DNA from: an uncultured delta proteobacterium
GTDB taxonomy: Bacteria; Myxococcota_A; Polyangia; Polyangiales; Polyangiaceae
Direction of reading: 5' to 3'
Length of the DNA stretch: 64,000 bases
NCBI GenBank assembly: GCA_963696385.1
Contig: CAVOKF010000004.1
Span: 640,001 to 704,000, forward strand
Part shown: piece by piece, positions 32,921 through 41,903 of the stretch
How the letters are laid out: the number at the start of each line of letters is the position of its first letter
Numbering within the stretch: the stretch's first letter is position 1
Program-made: the position numbers and the translations under genes
The notes under the pieces: generated by a model
What the model was told of the DNA's origin: nothing
The model's input: the letters and a program-made list of their open reading frames with translations, nothing else
The model's database searches: none

Positions 32921-34477
32921 CTACCGCCGATGTTCGATGAACACCGTGAAATCGGCCACCTTGAACCGCTCGTACCGGGCGCCGCTTCGCTTCAGTTGCC
33001 ACTCCGCGTCGTTCGGGCTCGCGCGCGGTTCGGAAGGGTGAAAAATATACGCCACGTCGCGGGCTGCCTCGAACCCGCGACGGTAGGCCGGATAGCGGTC
33101 ATCGCTCGGGTTCAATGGAACGACGGTGGGGTTTTCTTGGAACAAAAACGTCAGCCGATAGGCCAGCCAGTATTGAGCGGCGCCATACGCGACATGGTGT
33201 TCTCGAAGCAGTCGCCCCACGTCGAGCTCCTCTCGCGCCGCACCCCGCGCGGACCGCACCGGTAGCCCCGCCTCGACGTACGTGACACCGTAACTGATCC
33301 ATCCGTTTACCGCCGCCGCGACGAGGTAGGGCGTAGCGAGCGCGGCGAAGCGTCGGGTTCCGAGCAGGAATGCAGTGGGTCCCAACGCGAGCGGCATCGT
33401 CAGAATGATGGGTGCCAAATATCGCGTGGACCACATGTCGACCGGCATGCCCGAAACGAGAAAGCCGGCGAGCGAACAGCCCATGGTGGCGAGCGCAAAC
33501 AAGGCGAGGCGTCGGATGCCCCAAGGAATTCGTCGCATCCAAACGAGCCCCGCGGCCGAGACCGTGGCGACCGCGACCAGGCCCGCGCCGACGTCCTGAA
33601 TCACCCGAAACCACCGGGGAACGGGCACGGCCTCGGCATACAGACCGCCGCGATGAGCAAAGATCTCGTAACTGAGTGTCCAGGGCAGCGATTGCCGTGT
33701 GAGCAGATGCAGATTCGACGATAGACGGTCGATCGAGAACGAGACCGACGTCGTGCCGGTGGCTTGTGGGCAGAAACCCCTCAGCACTCGCACCACGATC
33801 CACCCGAGCAACAACCCGAGTCCGGCTGAGGCCACACGGTGAACCGTGGGTCGGCTCGTGAGCGGCTTGGTGAACGCGCACGCGAGAGCCAACAAGACGA
33901 GCGGACCTATCCACTGGATCGCGTAGAGATCCAGATAAAGCGTGAAGACAGCGGCGCAGCTGCCGAGAAAAAGTCGCAGCGAGGCGCGCGGCGAGCCCTG
34001 CGACCCGGCCAGGAGCCAAAGCGAGGTCGCAAAGAGCACGATGCAGAATTGCCGCTGAACGTAAATGAGACAAAGATTGACCGCCATCGGCGTGAAGACG
34101 ACGGGCAACGTCAACCACGCGGCTGCCCAGGGCGCGAAGTTCTTCCGGCTGATACCGAAGAAGAGCCCCACCACGATCAACTGGCCCACGAACGGCACGA
34201 GCAGAAGTGCCAGCGGACTCGCTCCCAGCACCACGAACGCAAGGGCTGCGACGATGGAGTCGACCGGAGCTTGATACGCCGCGCCCCAAAGGGTCCACGC
34301 CCACTCACCCCGCAAGAGGTGCATGGCTTGTAGCCCGACGACGGCGGCATCCGAATTCACGGCCCCGGCGTCGAGCAACACGGGAAATCGGAACACGGCC
34401 GCGAGGCACAGCAGGGCGAGGAGCGGAGCGCTTTGGGAGCCCCATGCCGCGAGCCGACCGCACGTCTCGCGCCACAC
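32921..34477 (-). CDS. Polytopic membrane glycosyltransferase, GT-C/ArnT-like
   Basis: First-loop NSDAAVVGLQAMHLLRGE..WGAAY, many TM segments, RYL motif and a soluble C-terminal tail. The start is uncertain. Confidence 0.7.
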   Translation of the reverse strand: MWRETCGRLAAWGSQSAPLLALLCLAAVFRFPVLLDAGAVNSDAAVVGLQAMHLLRGEWAWTLWGAAYQAPVDSIVAALAFVVLGASPLALLLVPFVGQLIVVGLFFGISRKNFAPWAAAWLTLPVVFTPMAVNLCLIYVQRQFCIVLFATSLWLLAGSQGSPRASLRLFLGSCAAVFTLYLDLYAIQWIGPLVLLALACAFTKPLTSRPTVHRVASAGLGLLLGWIVVRVLRGFCPQATGTTSVSFSIDRLSSNLHLLTRQSLPWTLSYEIFAHRGGLYAEAVPVPRWFRVIQDVGAGLVAVATVSAAGLVWMRRIPWGIRRLALFALATMGCSLAGFLVSGMPVDMWSTRYLAPIILTMPLALGPTAFLLGTRRFAALATPYLVAAAVNGWISYGVTYVEAGLPVRSARGAAREELDVGRLLREHHVAYGAAQYWLAYRLTFLFQENPTVVPLNPSDDRYPAYRRGFEAARDVAYIFHPSEPRASPNDAEWQLKRSGARYERFKVADFTVFIEHRR

Positions 34478-34734
34478 GTCTCGCGTGCGGTTGGTAGGCG
34501 CCCCGGCTTTCCGTGCAACACTCTTCGGTTCGCAGGGCCCTTCGACGGCCTTCTGGTTCGTGGCCCGCACGCTCGCCGATGGTAGCCCGGAGCAGGGCGC
34601 TTCAAAACGAAGCAATCCGAGGGCACCCGGTTTTTGGCAGCCGACTCGCCTGCGGCAAAGGGTTCACGCCGAGGGCCGTTTCTCACTTTTTTGCCCCGCG
34701 CACGAGCGGCCGGTGGTGTAGCCTCTCGCGCCGC

Positions 34735-35685
34735 GTGCAGTCGGACGACGAGAAGCGCCGGAACCGAACGGTCTGGATGAGGCGGGCCATCGCCGCGGCA
34801 ATCCCCGCGGCCGGCATTCTGGAGCTATCGGCGCACTGGATTCAGACGGCGTCGATCGTTCCCGAGCGAGATTGGAAGGCCGCGCGGGAATATACGGCCT
34901 CGAACACGAGGCCTGCGGACCTCGTGGTGTTCGCACCCCGCTGGACCGATCCGATCGGGCGGGAAACCTTTGGCCCGACGATCGCCAACTTGGAACGCGA
35001 GGCTCGCGACGACGAAACGACATTTCCTCGAGCGTTCGAAGTCTCGATTCGGGGCGCTCACCTGGCCGCGCTCGCGTCGTGGCGCCGCACCGCCGAAAAG
35101 CGATTCGGCGGCGTTGTCGTGGCGACGCTGGAGAACCCACGGCCGGCGACCCGGGTCGACGATTTCGTTTCGAGGGTGAATTCCGAGCAGATGCGAGTGT
35201 CACTGGCTCAGTCTGGACGCATCACCGACTGCGTCTTCGTGCGCACAGTCCCATCGACCGGCGGGTTGGGGGCCGGCCAGCCCATCTCGGCCGAGCGTTT
35301 CACTTGCCCAGGGGGCGTGGTCGTCTCCACCAGTATCGTCACCGACCTCGACTACTATCCACATCGTTGCATCCAGGCGCCCGTTTCGGCAGGTGGCACC
35401 GTCGTCCGTTTGCGGTTTCTCGACGTGACCTTTGGCCATGCCCTTCACGGTCACCATGCGATATACATAGAGGCCGATCGCCCGTCCGACGAACCGCCCG
35501 TGTCCATTGCCTTCCGCGTCCATGATGCTCTCATTGGAGAGGCCTCGTATCGCGACGGCGACGGGTGGAAGCCGTTCGAGTTCGACACGAGCGCCATAGC
35601 CGGGACACGCGGCGACGCGGTCGTCGAGATCGGTGCTTCGGGCGGAGGCCGGCGCATGTACTGCTTCGCGGCGGACACGCGGTGA
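34735..35685 (+). CDS. Hypothetical single-TM periplasmic protein coupled to the downstream GT-C
   Basis: One N-terminal TM segment then DWKAAREY..RPADLVVFAP; its stop overlaps the next start (GTGA). Confidence 0.65.
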   Translation: MQSDDEKRRNRTVWMRRAIAAAIPAAGILELSAHWIQTASIVPERDWKAAREYTASNTRPADLVVFAPRWTDPIGRETFGPTIANLEREARDDETTFPRAFEVSIRGAHLAALASWRRTAEKRFGGVVVATLENPRPATRVDDFVSRVNSEQMRVSLAQSGRITDCVFVRTVPSTGGLGAGQPISAERFTCPGGVVVSTSIVTDLDYYPHRCIQAPVSAGGTVVRLRFLDVTFGHALHGHHAIYIEADRPSDEPPVSIAFRVHDALIGEASYRDGDGWKPFEFDTSAIAGTRGDAVVEIGASGGGRRMYCFAADTR

Positions 35686-37382
35686 AGCTCCGGTCGATTC
35701 GCTGGCCCGATCGCATCGGCTGGCGCGATCACGCGCTCGGCGCGGCGTTCGGTGCGGCCTACCTGCTCACGCTCCTCGCGACCGCGGGCGGCATCGGAAT
35801 TGCTCGCGACGAGTCGTTCTACTTCCGCGCGGCGAATAGCTACCTCAGCTGGTGGCAGCTGCTGTTCGAGCGGGGTAGCGCGGCTCTGAGCCAAAGTGCC
35901 ATCGACGGTCCCTGGAGCGACAACCACGAGCATCCCGCACTGATGAAAACGCTCTTCGGGTTTTCATGGTGGCTTTTTCACGAGAAATGGCACGTGTTTT
36001 CGGCGGCAAGTACGGCCTATCGCTTTCCTGCGATGTGCACCGCAGCGATGGCCATTTGGACGACGTACATCTTTGGTGCGAGGTCGTGGGGTCGGCAAGC
36101 CGGCGTTGTCGCAGCGACGCTTCTAGCGCTCATGCCGCGGGTGTTCTTTCACGCGCATCTCGCCTGCTTCGACGTTCCGATCATGTCGATGTGGCTTCTG
36201 TGTGTCTATGCGAACTGGCGTGCGCAAGGGACACGCGCCATTGGGTGGACCCTGGCTGCCGGCGTGACCTTCGGCCTCGCGCTCGAAACCAAACACAACG
36301 CCTGGATGCTTCCGATCGTTCTCGTCCCGCACGCGGTGTTCGTGCATCGACGCGCTCTGGTCCGTGGCCTGAAGGCGGGTCGCCTGGCGGTGCCGTCGAG
36401 CCTCGTATCCATGGCCGTAGTGGGGCCGCTCGTCTTCCTGTTGCTGTGGCCTTACCTGTGGAACGACACGCTCGCCCGTTTGCAGTGGTATGGCAACTTT
36501 CATTTGAATCACGTCTACTACAGCATCGAATTCCTCGGGCATAACTACGGATTGCCGCCCAATCCGAAATCCTACTTGCCGGTCATGGTGATTGCGACCG
36601 TGCCGACGATTACGCTCTTGCTCTTCGCCGTCGGTGCCGTGGACCGGGCCCGCGCCGGGGTCTTGCGCTTGGTTGCCTGGATTTCCGCGCGGCTCAACGT
36701 GCACCGTCCAACGGCCATGCGGCCACCGGCCGACGCGGCGGAGACCGATCTGCTGATTGCGCTGTCGCTTCTCGTGCCGATGTTCTTTTTCTTTCTGCCC
36801 AAGACCCCGATCTTCGGTGCGACCAAGCACTGGCTACCGGCCTACCCGTTTTTGGCGCTTTTTGCGGGGCGCGGCTTCGTGCTGGCCTCAGGGGCTCTGC
36901 GTCGTGCGATGCCGAACCTCTCGGCGCGCGGAGCCCTGGCGGCCGATTCCGCGCTGTTCGCATCCGTCGTCCTCGCGCCGCTGGCGGTGACGGCACACTC
37001 GCATCCGTTCGGCCTTTCGTCGTACGTGCCGGTGGTTGGAGGCACGGCGGGCGGCGCGGATCTCGGCCTGAATCGACAGTTTTGGGGATACACGTCGCAA
37101 AACGCCGCTACGGAATACTTGAACGCCCACGCTCCGAGAAATGCCTCCGTGTTCATCCACGACACGACGGCCGACGCCTGGTTTCGCATGCAAGAAGACG
37201 GGCACGTCCGTCGCGACCTTCGCGCCGTGGGCTCGCCTTCCGAGGCGCAAATCGCGCTCTTGGAGCATGAACTGCACATGAACGAGGTCGATTACGCGAT
37301 CTGGGTGGCGTTCGGTTCGGACGCACCCACGTACGTCGTCACCCATGACGGTGTACCGATCGTCAGCATCTACCGACGCTGA
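35682..37382 (+). CDS. GT39/ArnT (PMT_2)-like glycosyltransferase
   Basis: GIARDESFY (DE motif), EHPALMK, AYRFP, HLACFD and ETKHN. Confidence 0.85.
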   Translation: MKLRSIRWPDRIGWRDHALGAAFGAAYLLTLLATAGGIGIARDESFYFRAANSYLSWWQLLFERGSAALSQSAIDGPWSDNHEHPALMKTLFGFSWWLFHEKWHVFSAASTAYRFPAMCTAAMAIWTTYIFGARSWGRQAGVVAATLLALMPRVFFHAHLACFDVPIMSMWLLCVYANWRAQGTRAIGWTLAAGVTFGLALETKHNAWMLPIVLVPHAVFVHRRALVRGLKAGRLAVPSSLVSMAVVGPLVFLLLWPYLWNDTLARLQWYGNFHLNHVYYSIEFLGHNYGLPPNPKSYLPVMVIATVPTITLLLFAVGAVDRARAGVLRLVAWISARLNVHRPTAMRPPADAAETDLLIALSLLVPMFFFFLPKTPIFGATKHWLPAYPFLALFAGRGFVLASGALRRAMPNLSARGALAADSALFASVVLAPLAVTAHSHPFGLSSYVPVVGGTAGGADLGLNRQFWGYTSQNAATEYLNAHAPRNASVFIHDTTADAWFRMQEDGHVRRDLRAVGSPSEAQIALLEHELHMNEVDYAIWVAFGSDAPTYVVTHDGVPIVSIYRR

Positions 37383-37478
37383 ATGACCGGCGGGTAGAGC
37401 CAGCGAGACCCCGCCCGCAAATCCGCTGCGGGTTCGGCGAACGCTTCGCCCGCGCCCGCAAGCCGCGGCCGGCCCGCG

Positions 37479-38216
37479 CTATCCGTGGCCGTGCGGCTTG
37501 ATCGGGCGCGGCGGGTTGCGGCGCCACGGCGGATATCGCAGTGCGGACCGCACGGTCGACCATGTATAGCGGAACAGGCCTGGGATGTTGACCGACGAGC
37601 TCTCGCCGTCGTACCGGACCGGACAGGGCACGTCCGCCACGCGAAATCCGGCTGCCACGGCGGCCATGAGGATGTCGCTCGCGAAGGCATGGGTGTTGCT
37701 GAAGGCGTCCATGTCAATCGTGGCGATCACCTCCCGCGAATAGGCGCGCATTCCGCTGTGCCACTCGCCGAATGCCGTGCCGAACCACAAATTCTCGAAC
37801 AGCGTGAGCGTGCGATTGCCGAGATATCGATAAAGAGGCATTCCGCCGCTCATCGCGTCGGCGCGTGAGCGGATGCGGTTGCCTTGAATCAAATCGTAGT
37901 ATCCGCGCGCGACGTACTCGACCATCAAATCCGCCAGCGCCGGCTCGTACTGGTAGTCCGCGTGGATCTCGAGGGCGACGTCCGCGCCTTCCTCGAGAAA
38001 CAGTCGGAACAGACGCTTCAGGTTGCCGCCGTAGTTGAGGTTTGTCTCGTGGCGCACGACGCGGAGTCCGAGACGCGAGGCGACGTCGTACGTTCCGTCG
38101 GTCGAGGCGTCGTCCCCCACGATGACGTGTGGCTTCAGGCTGTCCGGCAGGGCTTGGAATGTCTTGGCCAGCGTACGCTCCGCGTTGTAAGCAAGCATGA
38201 GAACGACTGGCTTCAT
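37479..38216 (-). CDS. GT2 DPM1-like glycosyltransferase
   Basis: LAYNAE, GDDASTD, NYGGN, HADYQY and HSGMRAY. Confidence 0.88.
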   Translation of the reverse strand: MKPVVLMLAYNAERTLAKTFQALPDSLKPHVIVGDDASTDGTYDVASRLGLRVVRHETNLNYGGNLKRLFRLFLEEGADVALEIHADYQYEPALADLMVEYVARGYYDLIQGNRIRSRADAMSGGMPLYRYLGNRTLTLFENLWFGTAFGEWHSGMRAYSREVIATIDMDAFSNTHAFASDILMAAVAAGFRVADVPCPVRYDGESSSVNIPGLFRYTWSTVRSALRYPPWRRNPPRPIKPHGHG

Positions 38217-38255
38217 GGATCCGCAACTGATACCACAAACTCGTTCGCGTGTTGC

Positions 38256-39137
38256 ATGACGGGCGGCGCGAGAGGACGGGGTCGAACCGCCCTTGTGCTT
38301 GGCGGTGGCGGAATGCTCGCTGCGGACATCCGCCCGGCGCTCGAGGCGCGCGGCTTCGAAGTGGTGAGCGTTGGCCGCACCGATTGTGACGTGACGCAGC
38401 CGGCCATGGTGAGGTCGACGGTCGAGCGGATCGCGCCGGGGCTCGTCCTCAACTGCGCGGCCTATACGCACGTCGATAGGGCCGAAACCGAGGTCGCTGC
38501 CGCTCGTGCCGTGAATGCCGACGGTGCGGGCCATGTCGCCCAGGCCGTCGCCCGAATCGGTGCCAAACTCGTTCACATTTCGACGGATTACGTATTCGAC
38601 GGAACGCTTCGCCGTCCGTATCGAGAGACCGACACCCCAGCGCCTCTCGGCGTTTACGCGCGATCCAAGCTGGAGGGCGAGCTCCGCGTTCTGTCTTCCG
38701 GCGGCAATGCAACCGTCGTGCGGACCGGAGAGCTCTATGGGAGCGGCGGCCCGAACTTTTTCGCGGCGATCATCGCTCGAGCACGCGCAGGCGGCCGGGT
38801 TCGAGTGGTCGATGACCAGGTCGTGAGCCCGACATGGACCCGAGAGCTCGCACGACAGATCGCGCTTCTGGTCGACGGCGCTCCTCCGGGGCTCTACCAC
38901 GCGACGGCGGACGGCGAGACCACCTGGTACCAGGCGGCGTGTGCGGCCTTCAGCGTCCTCGGTATCGATGTCGTCGTCGAGCCGATATCGACGCAGTCCT
39001 GGGGGTCGCCGACACCGCGCCCTCTCTACTCGGTGCTCGCCCACCAGGCGCTCGATGATTTGGGTCTGTACCGCATGCGTACGTGGCGCGACGCGCTCCA
39101 CGAGTGGCTGCTTGATTCTACGTGGCGTTCGGCTTAG
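38256..39137 (+). CDS. rfbD: dTDP-4-dehydrorhamnose reductase
   Basis: GGGGML, NCAAYTHVDRAE, HISTDYVFDG, YARSK and DDQVVSPT. Confidence 0.95.
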   Translation: MTGGARGRGRTALVLGGGGMLAADIRPALEARGFEVVSVGRTDCDVTQPAMVRSTVERIAPGLVLNCAAYTHVDRAETEVAAARAVNADGAGHVAQAVARIGAKLVHISTDYVFDGTLRRPYRETDTPAPLGVYARSKLEGELRVLSSGGNATVVRTGELYGSGGPNFFAAIIARARAGGRVRVVDDQVVSPTWTRELARQIALLVDGAPPGLYHATADGETTWYQAACAAFSVLGIDVVVEPISTQSWGSPTPRPLYSVLAHQALDDLGLYRMRTWRDALHEWLLDSTWRSA

Positions 39138-39147
39138 GAGCCCCGGG

Positions 39148-40374
39148 ATGCATTGCCGAATATGCGCGAGCACTTGCCTCGACACGTTTCTCGACCTGGG
39201 ACACCAGCCGCTCGCCAACGCTCTGCTGCGCGCATCCGATCTGGAGGCACGCCCTGAGCCTCGCTTCCCCCTTGCCCTCGCCATCTGCGAGCAGTGCGCG
39301 CTCGTACAACTCACCTATGTCGTTCCCGGAGAGGTCCTGTTTCGGCACTATTATTATTCGTCTTCCGTATCCGAAGTGATGACGCGTCACTTTGCCGTAT
39401 ATGCAGACGAGGTTGCCCGTCGCTTCGTGCCGGAGGGCGGTTTGGTCGTCGAAGTCGGCTCGAACGACGGCGTCCTTCTGCAGTCGCTGGTCGGTCGCCC
39501 GCTGCGCATCCTGGGCGTCGACCCCGCGCGCAACCTGGCCGAGGTCGCGGAGCGTCGCGGGGTCCCGACGGTTGCCGATTTTTTTTCCGAAGACGTCGCG
39601 AAACAGATCCGAAGCATCCACGGCCGAGCGTCCGCAGTCATTGCGAATAACGTCTTTGCACACATCAACGATCTCACGAGCGTCGCGCGCGGGCTCGACG
39701 AGCTGCTCGCCGAGGACGGGGTCTTCGTGTTCGAGGTGCCCTATCTAGTCGATCTCGTGGAAAAGCTCGAGTTCGATACCGTATATCACGAGCATCTCTC
39801 GTATTTTTCGGTTCGTCCGCTCGTCGCCCTTTTCGAAATGTTCGGTTTCGAGATCTTCGAGATCCGTCGGCAGTTGGTTCACGGCGGGTCCATTCGGGGG
39901 TTTGTCCGGAGGAAGCGGGTACGACCCTCCGACGTCTCACCGAGCTCCACGCAGCCGTTCCTGGAACTCGAAGAGAGGGCCGGTGTCTCCGATGCGCCGC
40001 GCCTCGCGGCGTTCGCGGCACAGGTATCGGAGCTGTGCTCCAGCCTTCGGATGACGCTGCTCCGGCTCCGCGCGGACGGCCGCCGGATTGCCGGCTACGG
40101 TGCCTCGGCGAAAGGCACGGTCTTGCTCAACGCGTGTGACCTTGGCCGCAGCGAGCTCGAGTTCATCGTCGATTCGACGCCTGCGAAGCAGGGTCTGTTC
40201 GCTCCCGGGAGTCATCTCCCGATCCGCCATCCCGACGCGTTGCGGAGCGAAAGCATCGACTACGCGCTGCTTCTGGCGTGGAACCACCGGCACGAGATCA
40301 TCGACAAGGAGCGCCTCTACCGCGACGCCGGAGGTCGGTTCATCGTGCCATTGCCCAAAGTGGAGATCGTTTGA
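39148..40374 (+). CDS. NDP-hexose C-methyltransferase (TcaB9/EryBIII/NovU family)
   Basis: Zn motifs CRIC...CEQC, EVGSNDG, NVFAH, YHEHLSYF, HGGSIR, YGASAKG and LLAWNH; RBS AGGAG. Confidence 0.9.
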   Translation: MHCRICASTCLDTFLDLGHQPLANALLRASDLEARPEPRFPLALAICEQCALVQLTYVVPGEVLFRHYYYSSSVSEVMTRHFAVYADEVARRFVPEGGLVVEVGSNDGVLLQSLVGRPLRILGVDPARNLAEVAERRGVPTVADFFSEDVAKQIRSIHGRASAVIANNVFAHINDLTSVARGLDELLAEDGVFVFEVPYLVDLVEKLEFDTVYHEHLSYFSVRPLVALFEMFGFEIFEIRRQLVHGGSIRGFVRRKRVRPSDVSPSSTQPFLELEERAGVSDAPRLAAFAAQVSELCSSLRMTLLRLRADGRRIAGYGASAKGTVLLNACDLGRSELEFIVDSTPAKQGLFAPGSHLPIRHPDALRSESIDYALLLAWNHRHEIIDKERLYRDAGGRFIVPLPKVEIV

Positions 40375-40925
40375 GCGCGCTCCGCACGGTCGAAACGGCG
40401 CTGCCTGGCGTTCGGATCGTCGAACGGGCCTCGTGGGACGACGAGCGCGGTTTTCTGGTGGAGACCTTCGACGCGGCGCGGTACTCCGCCGCGGGAATCG
40501 CCGGGCCCTTCGTGCTCGGCCTGCACACCCGATCGAAGCGGGGAACGCTGCGGGGGTTACACTTTCAGCAACCGCACCCTCAAGGCAAGCTGGTCGAGGT
40601 CGTCCGCGGAGAGATTTTCGACGTCGTGGTCGACGTTCGGCGGCGCTCCCCTGACTTCGGCCGGTGGATTTCGGTGACGCTTTCCGATGACAACCATCGT
40701 CAGCTCTGGATTCCGCCGGGGTTTGCGCACGGTTTCTGCGCCGTCTCCGACATGGCCGATGTGGTCTACAAGGTCGATGCGCCGTTCGTGGCGGGGGCCG
40801 CGCGCCACGTCGCGTGGAACGATCGCTCGCTCGCTATTGCTTGGCCCGTCGCCGACCCGGTGATGTCGGCCAAGGATCGCAGTGCCCTTCCGTTGGCCGA
40901 GCAACCCGATCTGCCGGAGCGTTAG
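40371..40925 (+). CDS. rfbC: dTDP-4-dehydrorhamnose 3,5-epimerase
   Basis: DERGF, LRGLHFQ, QGKLV and GFAHGF; TTG start overlaps the upstream stop. Confidence 0.95.
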   Translation: MSALRTVETALPGVRIVERASWDDERGFLVETFDAARYSAAGIAGPFVLGLHTRSKRGTLRGLHFQQPHPQGKLVEVVRGEIFDVVVDVRRRSPDFGRWISVTLSDDNHRQLWIPPGFAHGFCAVSDMADVVYKVDAPFVAGAARHVAWNDRSLAIAWPVADPVMSAKDRSALPLAEQPDLPER

Positions 40926-40964
40926 GGTGCAGGCAGGCAACGTACGAACCGGACCCGTGAACCG

Positions 40965-41903
40965 TCAGCTCTTCCTCCCGGCCATGACGAGCGTCGCCCC
41001 CCTCTTCGAGACGGCGCCGGCCACCGTCAGTGGAACGGCGAGGGGCGTTAGTAGGATGCCGGCCGCGAAGTTCAGCGCTTTGAAGCCCGCACCCGCTCGC
41101 GAAGGCCTGCCCGTCAGCTGGTGAAAAAAGACGTTTGGTTCGTCGGAGACGGAATTGAGCGCGCTTTGAACCCAGCCGAACAAGTCGATCTCGACCTCCA
41201 GATGAAAGCTGCGCATGACTTCGAGTCCGGCGCTTTCGAACATCCGCGAAAGCGAAGCCGGTCCAAAATGAAAGAGGTGCCGGGGCACGTCGAGATGAAA
41301 CCACCGGGCCCCGTATAGGCGCGCCTGAAGCCCTTGAGCGTCGGGCACCGCGACGATGACGGTGCCACCGGGCGCGAGCAAACCGACCGCGTGCTCGAGG
41401 ACTTCGCGCGGATCGCGCATGTGCTCGAGGCTGTGCCAAGCCGTGATGCATGCGTAGGGAGCTTGGGCGCTGGCGTGGTCGAGATCGGACCAGACCTCCA
41501 GGCCCGAGGCGCGCGCGACGGCCGGATTCATCTCCGTGCCCGAGACGATCCATCCTCCGTCGCGCGCAGCGACGAGGAACGTACCGTCACCGCATCCGAT
41601 GTCGAGCAGCCGCCGTCCCAGTCCAGCACCCACCACTTGCCGGAGCATTCGGGCGCGGCGACTCATGCAATAGCGCTCCGTGAAACCGTGACGGCCCCCG
41701 TGGTAGGCGGGCCCGTAGTAGGGGGCCAGGTCCTTGGGAACCGGAAACGTCTGGCCGAGACCGCACTCGGTGCATTCGGTGATTCCGAACGACTCGTGCG
41801 TCTGCGGGTCGATCACGCCTTCGAACCTTTCGCGGAGCCTGCCGCCGCATCCTCGGCAGGACGTGGGCATCGGCCCGGAATTCCCGGAGCTCGGACGATT
41901 CAT
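40965..41903 (-). CDS. Class I SAM methyltransferase with N-terminal CxxC...CxxC
   Basis: CRGC/CTEC, LLDIGCGDG, WHSLEH and DVPRHLFHF; ATGA overlap with the upstream gene. Confidence 0.9.
   Translation of the reverse strand: MNRPSSGNSGPMPTSCRGCGGRLRERFEGVIDPQTHESFGITECTECGLGQTFPVPKDLAPYYGPAYHGGRHGFTERYCMSRRARMLRQVVGAGLGRRLLDIGCGDGTFLVAARDGGWIVSGTEMNPAVARASGLEVWSDLDHASAQAPYACITAWHSLEHMRDPREVLEHAVGLLAPGGTVIVAVPDAQGLQARLYGARWFHLDVPRHLFHFGPASLSRMFESAGLEVMRSFHLEVEIDLFGWVQSALNSVSDEPNVFFHQLTGRPSRAGAGFKALNFAAGILLTPLAVPLTVAGAVSKRGATLVMAGRKS

Noticed and set aside
32917..32928. ops-like GGCGGTAGCGCG upstream of rfbB on the minus strand
   Set aside because: It coincides with the Arg-Arg-stop codons of the upstream gene, is likely by chance in GC-rich DNA, and has no JUMPstart context.
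37479..39314. 611-aa minus-strand ORF as a large GT2 fusion
   Set aside because: Only the last 245 aa (from 38216) are GT2; the rest is the antisense shadow of rfbD.
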